Source of the DNA: a virus
Lineage: Duplodnaviria; Caudoviricetes
Length of the DNA stretch: 64,000 nt
IMG/VR virus record: IMGVR_UViG_2770939586_000001
Reading direction: 5' to 3' (one strand)
The notes below the pieces were generated by a model. The model did not search any database. It saw nothing but the letters and a program-made list of their open reading frames with translations, and had not been told where the DNA came from. Made by a program: the position numbers and the translations under genes. This document shows positions 38,354 through 48,491 of this stretch, in pieces (the stretch's first letter is position 1; each line of letters begins with the position of its first letter).

Positions 38354-40257
38354 TAATTCGTCAACTGGAAGTGAGAAACTTCAAAGGTGCAAAACATGCC
38401 ATTTGTGCGTTTGGTGAGCAGGTGAAAATCAGCGGCGACAACTACACAGGCAAGACTTCAATTGCGGAAGCCATCGTATTCGCGCTGTACGGCCTGAATC
38501 TGGATGGAAGCAGCCGGACAGATTCGCTGGTCAACAAGGATGAGCGTAAAGCAGAAGTGTCCGTTACGGTAGAAGTAGATGGGCGCACCTTCGAGATTCG
38601 ACGGGAGCAGACGCGGCAAAAGAAAGTGCTGCTGAATAAGGTGCAGGTTACACAAGCTGAGATTGAATCTGTCATTGGACCTGCTGAAAATTTCATGGCA
38701 TCATTCTGGCCGACTCACGTATTAGGCATGAGTGATAAAGAAGCACGAAACTTCTTCATGAAGTTTGTGCAACTGATTGAACCGGGAGTGGTACTGTCTG
38801 AAATGGACCAAGTGTTCCGTGATGCTTTGCAAGGTTTGGAGATGCATGACCCGGAGAGCCGCAAGAAAGAACTGAACGCTGAGATTAAGGAGATGCAGGC
38901 TGACCTATTCTATATTGAGGGTGCGGTTGCTACGCATCAAGTGACAATGCAGATGGATGTGCCGGAGAAAGTAGATACACAGGAGATGGAATTACCGCTT
39001 GAGCAAGTAGAGAAGCAACTGTTTGCCGTAAGTGAAAAGCCAGCGTTACAGGATACGTCAGGATTAGAAGATAGGATTAAGGAATACGAACGCAATATGT
39101 ATACCGTTTTACCACCACAACCAGTGTTGCAGGATATGGCACCGTTTGAGCAGGCTGTACGAGACGCAGAGTGTAAGCTGTATGAAGCAGAACGTATGCC
39201 GGAGCCAAAAGCGCCGGATGTGACTGATATTCAGCATAAAATCGCAACGTTACGTGCAGAGTACAAAGTTGTGAAGCATGAACTTGATCAACTTGCTATA
39301 CCGCTTCAGGTAGGGGATACATGCCCGACATGCCAGCAGAGCTTTAGTGAGCAGGCGTATGCATTGGCTATGAAAAAGCTAGATGAGCGCAAGAAAGCGT
39401 ATGAAGATGAGTTGTCGGAAATGGAAGATGCGGGTGGCAGTCTTCAAGCGCAACTAAAAGCAAAACAAGCGGCGTACAAACGCGAAGTAGAAGCTTATCA
39501 ATCGCAGAAAGAGCAAAAGATTGCAGAAGCAACGCAGGCGATTGAGAAAGCAAAAGCAGACCTGCAAGCTGTGAAAAAGGCTAATGCTGACGCTATGAGC
39601 CAGTATGAGGAGCAAAAGCAACAAGTTGCGGCTGAATGGATGCAGAAGGTAGAGGAAGCTAAACAAGCGCTGCGTGATGTTCAGGAAGGAAACAATCAGC
39701 TCATTGTTGAGTGCGAGAGGGTAGAGAAGCAACGAAAAGCAGATTTACAGCAGCAACGTACAGAGTTGCAGCAATCGCTCGATGAACGACGCAAAATCAA
39801 CGCCGAGCGTGAAAGTATTCTTCAGCGTAAGGAAGAAGCGGCGCAGGCGATTGAGAAGATGCAGGCATCAGCCGAGAATGACAAGTCTGTGATTGAACGG
39901 AATGAGCTGGCGATTAAGGCTATCAATGAATATGTTGCCAAACATGCGGAGATGCAGGCTGGACAGATTGAGCAGTACTTTACGAATGTATCAATCAAGC
40001 TGTTTGATGTGACAAAGACAACAGGTGAGATTAAGCCGGTATTCAAGTTGCTGTACAATGACAAGCCAATCAATATTCTATCGCTGTCTGAGCGTATTCG
40101 GCTGGGGCTAGAAGTGGCCGGTATGGTGAAGCAAGTGACTGGGAAGGTATACCCTACATTTGTAGATAACGCCGAGAGTATCACGCATTTTGATGCGATA
40201 CCAGGGCAACTGTTCACAGCCACAGTAGTAGCAGGGCAGTCGTTGCAGGTTGAGTAA
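38350..40257 (+). CDS. SMC/Rad50(SbcC)-like ATPase with coiled coil and zinc hook
   Basis: LEVRNFKG, Walker A GDNYTGKTS, central CPTC, signature LSLSE, Walker B FVDNAE. Confidence 0.9.
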   Translation: MIIRQLEVRNFKGAKHAICAFGEQVKISGDNYTGKTSIAEAIVFALYGLNLDGSSRTDSLVNKDERKAEVSVTVEVDGRTFEIRREQTRQKKVLLNKVQVTQAEIESVIGPAENFMASFWPTHVLGMSDKEARNFFMKFVQLIEPGVVLSEMDQVFRDALQGLEMHDPESRKKELNAEIKEMQADLFYIEGAVATHQVTMQMDVPEKVDTQEMELPLEQVEKQLFAVSEKPALQDTSGLEDRIKEYERNMYTVLPPQPVLQDMAPFEQAVRDAECKLYEAERMPEPKAPDVTDIQHKIATLRAEYKVVKHELDQLAIPLQVGDTCPTCQQSFSEQAYALAMKKLDERKKAYEDELSEMEDAGGSLQAQLKAKQAAYKREVEAYQSQKEQKIAEATQAIEKAKADLQAVKKANADAMSQYEEQKQQVAAEWMQKVEEAKQALRDVQEGNNQLIVECERVEKQRKADLQQQRTELQQSLDERRKINAERESILQRKEEAAQAIEKMQASAENDKSVIERNELAIKAINEYVAKHAEMQAGQIEQYFTNVSIKLFDVTKTTGEIKPVFKLLYNDKPINILSLSERIRLGLEVAGMVKQVTGKVYPTFVDNAESITHFDAIPGQLFTATVVAGQSLQVE

Positions 40258-40385
40258 TGGAAACATGTGTTGTGTGTGGTGATCCAATTGAGCCGGGGGA
40301 GAAAACTCTTCCGGTTCATGATGGGGCTACTGGAGAGAAGAAAGACGTAGCGTGTTCAGGGTGCCGAAGTGAATTTGTGAATTGA
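40257..40385 (+). CDS. Small zinc-finger protein (42 aa; not in the ORF track)
   Basis: METCVVCGDPIEPGE...ACSGCRSEFVN; TAATG overlap with the upstream gene. Confidence 0.65.
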   Translation: METCVVCGDPIEPGEKTLPVHDGATGEKKDVACSGCRSEFVN

Positions 40386-40389
40386 GGAG

Positions 40390-40956
40390 ATGAGATGCAT
40401 GGGCGAGAAACCACAAAACTTTTACGAGAAGATGGCTTCCGTAGATGTGGGTGAATTCATCGAGAAAAAAGCTGGATTTAGCTATCTTTCTTGGTCGTGG
40501 GCGGTTGACCAGCTACGCCGTCATGATCCAACAGCTACATGGGAGGTAAAGCGGTTTGATAGTATGCCGTACTTAAAAACAGACTGCGGGTATTTTGTAG
40601 AAGTAGCAGTGACATGCAACGGAGTCGAACTATCTCAAATTCATCCTGTACTTGATAACCGTAACAAACCTATCGAAAAACCAAACTCCTTTCAAATCAA
40701 TACAAGTATCCAGCGGTGCTTAGCTAAAGCAATAGCGCTACACGGCTTAGGTTTGTACATCTATTCAGGAGAAGATTTACCACCTTCCGAACCACAAGAA
40801 CCAACACCGTCTATCAAAGAGAATTGGAAAAAACTCATGGGTGATACAGACAAGTTCGATGCACAGTATCAAAAATGGGTGAGTGAAGGTCGCTCAAATG
40901 AATGGATTGAGCAATTTTTAACAGACAAGTTAGCAGATAAGCAGGGAGGACAATAG
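40390..40956 (+). CDS. Sak/DUF1071 single-strand annealing protein (Rad52-like)
   Basis: [15 protein letters not shown]...QIHPVLD.RNK...[28 protein letters not shown]. Confidence 0.9.
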   Translation: MRCMGEKPQNFYEKMASVDVGEFIEKKAGFSYLSWSWAVDQLRRHDPTATWEVKRFDSMPYLKTDCGYFVEVAVTCNGVELSQIHPVLDNRNKPIEKPNSFQINTSIQRCLAKAIALHGLGLYIYSGEDLPPSEPQEPTPSIKENWKKLMGDTDKFDAQYQKWVSEGRSNEWIEQFLTDKLADKQGGQ

Positions 40957-40957
40957 C

Positions 40958-41422
40958 ATGAACAGATCAATTTTGCTCGGTAGACTTACGAAAGACGTGG
41001 AGATGCGTTATACGCAGAACGGAACTGCGATTTGCACGTTCACACTGGCAGTAGATCGACGCTTTAAGCGTGATGGTGAACCAGACGCAGACTTCCTTAA
41101 CATCGTAGTCTGGAGCAAGCTGGCTGAGCTTTGTGCCCAGTATTTGAAGAAAGGTCGTCAGGCAGCCGTAGAGGGTCGGATTCAGACACGCAACTACGAG
41201 AATAACGAAGGCAGGCGCATCTATGTAACCGAGATTGTGGCGGAGAACGTAACATTTATCGGTGGTCATGGTGATAGCGGAAATAGTAATGGTAACGGTG
41301 GACAAGGGCAGCAACCCAGTGGTAATCAAGGTGGCAGACGTTCAGGTGGTTCGTTTAACGACAACCCGTTTGCAGATGACCAGCGACCAATCGACATCTC
41401 GGATGATGATTTGCCTTTTTAA
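40958..41422 (+). CDS. ssb: Single-stranded DNA-binding protein
   Basis: LGRLTKD.EMRYT...FTLAVDR...VEGRIQTR and acidic tail ISDDDLPF. Confidence 0.97.
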   Translation: MNRSILLGRLTKDVEMRYTQNGTAICTFTLAVDRRFKRDGEPDADFLNIVVWSKLAELCAQYLKKGRQAAVEGRIQTRNYENNEGRRIYVTEIVAENVTFIGGHGDSGNSNGNGGQGQQPSGNQGGRRSGGSFNDNPFADDQRPIDISDDDLPF

Positions 41423-41456
41423 TACAGTAAAGTACTAAAGCGAAAGGGGGAGCCAG

Positions 41457-41675
41457 ATGATTGTTAACCCTGCTGTGTTAAGTTTAGCCGCAGAAATGGT
41501 GCTTGATGAAGCGATTCGCAACTATCGAATCGACACCCTGCATAAGAAAATCGATCATGCGCTTGAGCATGGCGATCGTCTGATGTTTGATGAAGCGACA
41601 AGTAAATTAAAGAGTTTAATTGATGAAAGTTCCGTACGTAGCGATTCGCACAAGTACTTTATGGAGATGAATTGA
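41457..41675 (+). CDS. IDEAL-domain protein
   Basis: LHKKIDHALEHGDRLMF. Confidence 0.75.
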   Translation: MIVNPAVLSLAAEMVLDEAIRNYRIDTLHKKIDHALEHGDRLMFDEATSKLKSLIDESSVRSDSHKYFMEMN

Positions 41676-41676
41676 T

Positions 41677-42015
41677 TTGGCTAAATTCCCTGATTATCGA
41701 CTGATTGACTGCTACAAGTCGCGGTATCTGAACAAAACGTTTATCGAGACGCTTCTCTATTGCGTAACGTGTGATCTGCATTTCTCGGTGAATATTTTGG
41801 ATGTGAACGGCCATGGTGTCATATGTACCCGGTGCCAAAGTGATGATCTTGTGGAAGTGGGAACGACTGAGGTAAAACTGGTGGAAATATGGGATGAGGG
41901 TTCTGTTGGAGTTTCGTGGGATGATCCGACAGCTATCCGAATGGACGATGGCGAAGAGATTGAGCCTACATGGGCATATTACGGTGTTCGTCCTCAGTCT
42001 GAGTACGATGAATAA
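41677..42015 (+). CDS. Zn-ribbon hypothetical protein
   Basis: CVTC...CTRC. Confidence 0.55.
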   Translation: MAKFPDYRLIDCYKSRYLNKTFIETLLYCVTCDLHFSVNILDVNGHGVICTRCQSDDLVEVGTTEVKLVEIWDEGSVGVSWDDPTAIRMDDGEEIEPTWAYYGVRPQSEYDE

Positions 42016-42078
42016 TAGCTTGGCTGTTCAGTCCTACTATATGGGGCTGGACAGCCAAATATGCGCGGAGGTCAGCAT

Positions 42079-43011
42079 ATGAGTAAGACCGTTGAAGAAG
42101 TAGGGCGCATGAGTTTTACGGGTAATATTATCCCGGCTAATTGGCTGAAAACATTACGTCACGATAGCGGAAAGCCAAATATGGTTGCGATCATGGTTCT
42201 GTCCGAAATCGTGTACTGGTATCGACCGATGGAAATTCGAGACGAATCAACCGGAGAATTGCAGAAGCCTCAGAAGAAGTTCAAAGCCGACAAGTTGCAA
42301 CGCAGCTATCAAAGTTTCGCTGACCAATTTGGCTTTTCCAAACGACAGGTTAAAGAGTCAATGGATTTTTTAGAGAAGACAGGAGTCATTACACGCGAGT
42401 TTCGTACTATCACAGAAGCCGGAACCGTGCTGAACAATGTTCTGTACATCGACATAAACGTAGAAATGTTAAAAGCTGTAACGTACCAAACGGAGGAGTC
42501 TCCTTCACCAGAATGTACCACCCTCCCACATTCTAACGTACCACCCTCCCACGTTTCGCTGTCACCCTCTCCTACGTTTGAACGGGGGACAAATACAGAG
42601 ATTACTACAGAGACTACTACAAAGAGTAAAAGAGAAGAAGAGGAGGACGATCCGTTCCGGTTCTACCAGGAAAACATCATGTTGAACATCAAGCCATTTG
42701 TTGCTGAGGAAATCAGCTACTGGATTGATAGCGGTAAGTTTGATAAGCCGAACACAGTGATTGTCGAAGCCATGAAGATAGCGGTACGGAAGGAAGCAGT
42801 CAAGAACAAATGGGACTATGCCAACAAACTGCTGATGGATTGGAGTGACAAAGGGTTGCGAACGATTGAAGTAATTCGCAATGAGATCCAAGATATGAGC
42901 AAAACGTACAGCTCACGTAAAAAGGCAAGTAAGCAGGCATCCACGTTTGATGCAATAGAGAGTATGAAGCAGCGAATAAAAAACGGGGAGTTCGATAAGG
43001 ATGACGCTTGA
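42079..43011 (+). CDS. Replication initiator (replisome organiser) with a DnaD-like C-terminal domain
   Basis: GNIIPANW...IVYWYRP...KFKADKLQRSY wHTH. FYQEN...I.YW...AMKIAV...WDYANKLL.DW...G..T. Confidence 0.85.
   Translation: MSKTVEEVGRMSFTGNIIPANWLKTLRHDSGKPNMVAIMVLSEIVYWYRPMEIRDESTGELQKPQKKFKADKLQRSYQSFADQFGFSKRQVKESMDFLEKTGVITREFRTITEAGTVLNNVLYIDINVEMLKAVTYQTEESPSPECTTLPHSNVPPSHVSLSPSPTFERGTNTEITTETTTKSKREEEEDDPFRFYQENIMLNIKPFVAEEISYWIDSGKFDKPNTVIVEAMKIAVRKEAVKNKWDYANKLLMDWSDKGLRTIEVIRNEIQDMSKTYSSRKKASKQASTFDAIESMKQRIKNGEFDKDDA
42515..42620. repeat. Iteron-like repeats; probable origin inside the initiator gene
   Basis: GTACCACCCTCCCAC at 42515 and 42538, variant at 42561 (23-bp period). 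ACAGAGA(T/C)TACT occurs twice. Confidence 0.65.
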
Positions 43012-43255
43012 ACAGACGGTCGATGTTCTCGAAAAAATAGCGGCTGCCTATCATAGCTTTGAAGTCACAGAAAAACGTATTATCCTGTGGCATGAATTTC
43101 TTGAACCGCACGATATGGAGTTGGTAAACAAAAACCTACGCCGACATATCGAGTCAAAGCCGTTCCCTCCAGCCATATCAGACCTGGTAAAGCCTGATGA
43201 AGATTATGAGCGTGAGTATGTACCGTTAGGAGAGATAGACTTGTTGGGAGAGTGA
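43001..43255 (+). CDS. Helicase loader/inhibitor (G39P-like)
   Basis: MT...VLEKIAAAY..F...W...L...HI....FPPAISDL; lies between initiator and helicase. Confidence 0.8.
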   Translation: MTLEQTVDVLEKIAAAYHSFEVTEKRIILWHEFLEPHDMELVNKNLRRHIESKPFPPAISDLVKPDEDYEREYVPLGEIDLLGE

Positions 43256-43261
43256 TGAATC

Positions 43262-44635
43262 TTGAGCATCAAGGATTACAAGACACCTACGGACCAACAA
43301 GCGGAAATAGCTGTACTCAGCGCCATGTTGAACAGTGAACAATGTCTGGATGATGCATTATCGAGCATAGACGAGAACTATTTCTACTATGACGAGACGA
43401 AAAAAGCGTTCAAGGTGATCGTATCCCTCTCTACTGACACGCAGCCGAATGTGCAGAGCGTGTTAAAGCGTATGGAGACGCAGAGAGAGAAAACGTTAAT
43501 CAAACGAGCTGATATGTCATTCAAGGGTGTAGAAGCGTTTAGTGCCGCCTTAAAAGACCTTGCAGACACATACCTAAAGCGAGAACAGTACTATACGGCT
43601 ATGAAGATTTTGGGGATGACGCAGGATACTAACTCTCACCCAGAAGAAATCCTGTCGGTCATGGATGCTGGGATGAGTAAGGTATTTTCGAGTGATGCAA
43701 AGGACGAGATTATCGAGCCGGAGGTATATGCAACGGAAGCACTGGAACATTTTCGAGAAGTGTGCCAAGCGCCGGAGGAAGCATACGGAATACGGTTATC
43801 TATTGAGTTGCCAAATGGTCAAGTAATCGGGTTCCCGGGCATTGATGAAACGATACTAGGCTTACATGGTGGAGACTTAATCTTCATAGCAGCCCAGACC
43901 GGCAAAGGGAAAACAGCGGTTGCTCAGAATATTGCACGTATCGTATCCATCCACCAAAAGTACAGGACGTACTATGAGAATACCGAGATGCGAAAACTGG
44001 AGATGGCAGCGCGGCTAGCTGCTCAACTTTCGCAGGTGCCGGCGAAGGAGATTATGTCCGGCAGGCTTACGGGAACAGCGCAGGAGATTCAGGCAAAGAA
44101 GCAAAAGGTTGAGAAGGCGTACCAAAAAATACGAGATTCGCAGCTGTATTTATCCCGTTTGCCGAATCTTACCGTGGCAAAATCGAGGGGGCTGGCAAAG
44201 AAATTCCGTAACAAGTACGGCAGTCTGGATATGCTTGTGATCGACTATGTAGGGCGTATGAACCTAGATACGCCAGAGTTCAGCAAATTACAGGACTATC
44301 AAAAGCTTATTCGGGTAGCGAAGAAAAGCAAGGAATTGGCGATGGAGTTAAACGCACCCGTCGTTCTCTTGGGACAGTTGAATGATGATGAACAGATTGA
44401 GGGTGCAAAGGCGATGGCCAACGAATGTGATGCCGTATATTTCTTCAAACCACTCAATAGCAAAGATGAGGACCTGTTGCGGAAGTCGTTTCGTGATGAG
44501 GAGAAGGCAAAGCGAGTGACGCATAAGATCGAGAAACGGAAGGTCCGTAGAGACGACAGTGATATTCCGATATGGTGTCATTTTGATAAGAAGCGGCAGT
44601 TTATTACGGAAGTTGTGCCGGAGATAAGGGGATGA
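43262..44635 (+). CDS. DnaB-family replicative helicase
   Basis: AEIAVLSAML N-domain, IAAQTGKGKT Walker A, VIDYV, KELAMELNAPVVLLGQLN. Confidence 0.92.
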   Translation: MSIKDYKTPTDQQAEIAVLSAMLNSEQCLDDALSSIDENYFYYDETKKAFKVIVSLSTDTQPNVQSVLKRMETQREKTLIKRADMSFKGVEAFSAALKDLADTYLKREQYYTAMKILGMTQDTNSHPEEILSVMDAGMSKVFSSDAKDEIIEPEVYATEALEHFREVCQAPEEAYGIRLSIELPNGQVIGFPGIDETILGLHGGDLIFIAAQTGKGKTAVAQNIARIVSIHQKYRTYYENTEMRKLEMAARLAAQLSQVPAKEIMSGRLTGTAQEIQAKKQKVEKAYQKIRDSQLYLSRLPNLTVAKSRGLAKKFRNKYGSLDMLVIDYVGRMNLDTPEFSKLQDYQKLIRVAKKSKELAMELNAPVVLLGQLNDDEQIEGAKAMANECDAVYFFKPLNSKDEDLLRKSFRDEEKAKRVTHKIEKRKVRRDDSDIPIWCHFDKKRQFITEVVPEIRG

Positions 44636-44642
44636 GATTGAA

Positions 44643-44975
44643 ATGCGAATTGACGAAATCGAGGAAGGGATAATGTATCACAACGGAAAAGGACTGATGA
44701 GAATAGTAATTCAAGCTCCGAAGCCAGGAGAAGCCGGAAATGTCACATACAGAAAGTATGGTTCAGATAAGCTGCAGAGCTGCTGGATCACAACATTTGC
44801 AGATTGGGCGAAAGGTACTGTGCAGGAAAGAGAATTGTCATTTTCACTGAAATGCTCATGTGGAATTGAGATGGATGGATTTTTTGGAAAAGTAGGCTCT
44901 GAAGAAACGTTGCACTGCGATTGCGGAAACGTATGGAAGATTCAGCGACCGACAAACAAGCGAGTAGGTGTGTGA
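44643..44975 (+). CDS. Hypothetical protein with a C-terminal Zn ribbon
   Basis: CSCG...CDCG. Confidence 0.6.
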   Translation: MRIDEIEEGIMYHNGKGLMRIVIQAPKPGEAGNVTYRKYGSDKLQSCWITTFADWAKGTVQERELSFSLKCSCGIEMDGFFGKVGSEETLHCDCGNVWKIQRPTNKRVGV

Positions 44976-44976
44976 T

Positions 44977-45381
44977 ATGGAAAAATCGTGTGATTATTGC
45001 GGTAATAGCATGCATGTGCATTTACGAAAAATCGTTTACATGAATTGCATGGAGGTTGAGCATGTTCCAGTTTATCGGTGTTCGGGTTGCGATCACAATG
45101 AGCTTATGGATCAGGTAAAAGATGAGTTAAAGCGGCTTTTGATTCACTTGCAGCCGGAGAAAGGAACTGTGTCGTTTGCTGATTATTCTTCGTTTACACG
45201 TATGCTTTTGTCTAAATGCAATCAGGAAGCCGAGTTAGGTGTAGATGACTGGTTAGACATGTATCTGCTTGTTCTTTCGTTGAATGATGTTGAGTGGTTG
45301 AATGAAATAAAAATTAAGCTACAAAGATACAGCGCAAGTTTGGTGGTGAAACCATCTTATATCCAGAATACAAGTGGGTAG
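44977..45381 (+). CDS. YgiT-type zinc-finger protein
   Basis: CDYCG...VEHVPVYRCSGC. Confidence 0.7.
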   Translation: MEKSCDYCGNSMHVHLRKIVYMNCMEVEHVPVYRCSGCDHNELMDQVKDELKRLLIHLQPEKGTVSFADYSSFTRMLLSKCNQEAELGVDDWLDMYLLVLSLNDVEWLNEIKIKLQRYSASLVVKPSYIQNTSG

Positions 45382-45401
45382 ATGTAGCGGTCAACGGAGC
45401 G

Positions 45402-46418
45402 ATGAACCGTAATCGACTATGCGATATAACGAAACTTGGAGATCCAACCGGATACCGCGATGCATACATGACATACTTTCGCTACCCAGATGAAATGGCA
45501 GTATACTTCCAGAACAATCAGCGAGAGTCGAAGGGTGGACATTGGTATCCGAGCGTCATGGGCTACAAAGGACCTGCTTACACCGATTGGATACCAATTG
45601 ATATAGACGCAACAACAATCGAGGAAGCGCAGGACGGTGCTGTTCAAGCGATTGAAATACTGGAGATGTATGGGATTGACACAAACGCTTGTCGATTCTA
45701 CTTTTCTGGGGCGAAAGGGTTCCATATTATGATCCCGGCTACGATGGCAGGGTTGAGGTCGGGTGATGACATTCACAAGCGATTGCTGTATCTGGTTACG
45801 AACCTGATGAGTGGTCGAGTTGATATTGACATGAAAATTTATGACAAGGTGCGGATATTCCGTTTGCCCAACACGATTAACGGAAAGTCCAGTCTGTATA
45901 AAGTAGAGTTGTATGAGTTTGAGTTACGGAATATGAGTGTAGAACAAATTCGGGAGATGGCAAAAAATCCGCGTGAGGAACTGGATGTTGAAGAAGAGTA
46001 CGAGCTGAATGAGTACCTGCATGAACTGAATCAGGCATATGAGCAGCTGCAGAAAGATGGGGCACAGCCATACGCAGGAGTGAATGGTGATAAAGCTACT
46101 ATTCGTGTAAAGCTGTGCATGCATTCCATCATGCAGGGGATTCCAGAAGGAAGCAGGGATAATGCGGGGCTACGTGTGGTTACACACCTGAAGCATGCTG
46201 GACTCAATCCTAAGATGGTATGGGTTGCTTTCGATGAGTGGAACAACGGTAATAATCCACCGTTGGATACAGATGACATGGAGCGCATTTATCGGCAGGG
46301 GATGGAGCGGGAATATGACTTCGGTTGCCGGGATGCGGTTTTGCAGGAGCACTGTGATAAGCGGTGCAAGCTGTGGAAAGAAGAGTATACAATCAATAAT
46401 GTGAGTAGGAGATGGTAG
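45402..46418 (+). CDS. AEP primase-polymerase with a PriCT domain
   Basis: IDID, FSGAKGFH, IYDKVRIFRLPNTIN, EGSRDNA...WN..N.PPL. Confidence 0.85.
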   Translation: MNRNRLCDITKLGDPTGYRDAYMTYFRYPDEMAVYFQNNQRESKGGHWYPSVMGYKGPAYTDWIPIDIDATTIEEAQDGAVQAIEILEMYGIDTNACRFYFSGAKGFHIMIPATMAGLRSGDDIHKRLLYLVTNLMSGRVDIDMKIYDKVRIFRLPNTINGKSSLYKVELYEFELRNMSVEQIREMAKNPREELDVEEEYELNEYLHELNQAYEQLQKDGAQPYAGVNGDKATIRVKLCMHSIMQGIPEGSRDNAGLRVVTHLKHAGLNPKMVWVAFDEWNNGNNPPLDTDDMERIYRQGMEREYDFGCRDAVLQEHCDKRCKLWKEEYTINNVSRRW

Positions 46419-46420
46419 TA

Positions 46421-46690
46421 ATGGTAGATGAGAAGAAACCAAGAATACATGAACTGAAAACTGAGCCACAGTACTTTCAGGCTGTGCTCGATGGTCACAA
46501 GCGATTCGAGATCAGGAAGAATGATCGGGATTTTAAAGTGGGCGACACACTTGTTTTGAAAGAGTACAACGCCGACGTACACGCTTTTACAGGTCGGAAG
46601 GTGGAAGTGACAGTCACATACATGACGGACTATGCACAACAGCAGGGGTATCTGGTGCTAGGAATCGGGGGGAAAGTAGAAATTGCATGA
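46421..46690 (+). CDS. DUF3850/ASCH-like PUA-domain protein
   Basis: HELKTEPQYFQAV..G.K.FEIRKNDRDFKVGD.L.L.E. Confidence 0.9.
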   Translation: MVDEKKPRIHELKTEPQYFQAVLDGHKRFEIRKNDRDFKVGDTLVLKEYNADVHAFTGRKVEVTVTYMTDYAQQQGYLVLGIGGKVEIA

Positions 46691-46911
46691 GTGACTTCGG
46701 AGACATGCTGATGGATGCTGTACCGCCACAGGAGGAAACGTTACCCGAACCGATTGACACATGTACACCTGAGTACAAGGCGACGCTTGAGCGTGTTGTG
46801 AAAGGTGCAGAGTTTATTGCTTCACTGCCTACTGGAGATGCGCGGTACAAGCCTGCGATGGTGAAATATGACAAGCTATGCGAGGAAGCGAGGAGGTTGA
46901 GAGATACGTGA
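46687..46911 (+). CDS. Small hypothetical protein
   Basis: ATGA-coupled ORF. Confidence 0.55.
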   Translation: MSDFGDMLMDAVPPQEETLPEPIDTCTPEYKATLERVVKGAEFIASLPTGDARYKPAMVKYDKLCEEARRLRDT

Positions 46912-47318
46912 CAAAGAAGGAGAAGCGAGCGTTACGCTTGCAGATATGCCGGATGCTGGACACAGAATGTGCAAAGTGCAAAAAGGTAGATCAGGCACTG
47001 GATGGAAAGAAAAATAGTGAACGGGACAGTGCAAAAAACCAGTTTCAGAACTATTGTATTACAGAGTGCTCAACTGGAGAAAGACTCCGATCTATCGCTT
47101 CAGAATTAACTGGGGAAAAAATAAAACCACCAAAGAAAAAGTCATTTCTTGCTGCAACAAGACAGCGTGAAGAGTTAACACCACAAAGCTATGTAGCTGA
47201 CAAAGAGAAGGGCATGAAAGATTGGCAGATTGCTATGCAGTACGACATTAGCACGTCACGCTTTGGCAAGATCAAGAAATGTTGGCGCGAGCAAGGACTG
47301 CTGGAGGTAGGAGTATGA
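46908..47318 (+). CDS. Zn-finger plus HTH-like protein
   Basis: CAKC...CITEC.TG; TPQSY...GMKDWQIA; RBS AGGAGG. Confidence 0.65.
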   Translation: MTKKEKRALRLQICRMLDTECAKCKKVDQALDGKKNSERDSAKNQFQNYCITECSTGERLRSIASELTGEKIKPPKKKSFLAATRQREELTPQSYVADKEKGMKDWQIAMQYDISTSRFGKIKKCWREQGLLEVGV

Positions 47319-47833
47319 GTCATGCGAACCGAGGTATGGCCTTCGAAAAACTACTCGACTACACCAATAAGATGTATGAAAACGCAGGAATGGCACTGAT
47401 TAATAAGCGACCAACACCAGTGAAAATTATGGGCCAGAATAGTCGCGGTATGATACATGGTTATCTGGAGAAGCCATCAACCGTTGATTATGATGGCGTG
47501 TGCAAAGGCAGAGCTATCGTATTTGAGGCGAAAAGCACGAAGGAGTTAACGCGCTTTCCGCTGGGTAATATCCATGAGCACCAGGTCGAATATATGAGGA
47601 AGTGTCATAAGTGCGGTGCAATTGCTTTTCTGTTAGTAGAGTTTGCTGCGCATCAAACGGTATATCTACTTCCGTACACACTATTGGCGCAGTATTGGGA
47701 AAAGGCGAAGAATGGCAAGCGGGGAACAAAGAGTATTCCGTTACAGGAGATGGATGTGTACGCTTATCAGGTGAATAAAGGGCGTGTGCCAGTAGATTAT
47801 CTGACGGTTGTGGAGAAAGTTTGGAGCATGTAG
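47315..47833 (+). CDS. recU: Holliday junction resolvase RecU
   Basis: ANRGMAFE...KRPTPV...STVDYDG...FEAKST...NIHEHQ. Confidence 0.93.
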   Translation: MSHANRGMAFEKLLDYTNKMYENAGMALINKRPTPVKIMGQNSRGMIHGYLEKPSTVDYDGVCKGRAIVFEAKSTKELTRFPLGNIHEHQVEYMRKCHKCGAIAFLLVEFAAHQTVYLLPYTLLAQYWEKAKNGKRGTKSIPLQEMDVYAYQVNKGRVPVDYLTVVEKVWSM

Positions 47834-47852
47834 AAAATTTTTTCGAGTTTGG

Positions 47853-47886
47853 CTGAAAAAATACAAGGATAGCCCGTATAGGGTAT
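47853..47886 (+). promoter_or_regulatory. Phage ECF-type promoter motif, copy 3
   Basis: CTGAAA-N16-CGTATAGGGTAT. Confidence 0.75.
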
Positions 47887-47931
47887 GTGAGGGTAAAAAC
47901 GATACAAACCTCAGAACAGGAGATGACATGC

Positions 47932-48447
47932 ATGAGTGATGTGTATTTTGAAGAAGCACCGGAAGTACAGGAGATTTCTGGGCGCTTGATTGACCAGCAC
48001 CATCCACATATGCAGGATGCAAAGGAAGTGATCGGCTACCGTTTTCGCTGCGGTCAGAGCGATTGGGCAGGTAAAGCAAAGAAATTGACGGCTTTTGAAC
48101 GGTTTGAGACTGGTTTTATGCTCATGGTATTCATAAACAAAGAAGCATGGACAGCACTAAGTGAAGCCCAGCAAGTTGCTTTAGTTGACCATGAACTTTG
48201 TCACTTCTCGCGTAAAAGTGAACGGATATATGACAAGGAGAAAGAGGAGTGGGTAGACAAGTGGCTGCCGAAAGAAGATCCGTCTAACTGGGTGATTCGG
48301 GAACACGATGTGGAGGAATTCAGCGATATAATTAAGCGGCATGGTCTCTGGGAGACGGGGATCGAGAAGTTTGCGTCTGTGGTTCGTAATGCTGAGCATC
48401 AAATGGATTTGGATGATATAGAACGAAATTTACGTGTTATTAAATAA
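47932..48447 (+). CDS. Phage putative metallopeptidase
   Basis: ALVDHELCH...HDVEEF..II.RHGLW. Confidence 0.85.
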   Translation: MSDVYFEEAPEVQEISGRLIDQHHPHMQDAKEVIGYRFRCGQSDWAGKAKKLTAFERFETGFMLMVFINKEAWTALSEAQQVALVDHELCHFSRKSERIYDKEKEEWVDKWLPKEDPSNWVIREHDVEEFSDIIKRHGLWETGIEKFASVVRNAEHQMDLDDIERNLRVIK

Positions 48448-48450
48448 TGT

Positions 48451-48491
48451 GTACAAGCCTGCTAGCGGTATAAATGTTAGCAGGCTTGTAC
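48451..48491. repeat. 14-bp perfect inverted repeat upstream of arpU
   Basis: GTACAAGCCTGCTA...TAGCAGGCTTGTAC, no U-tract. Confidence 0.7.
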
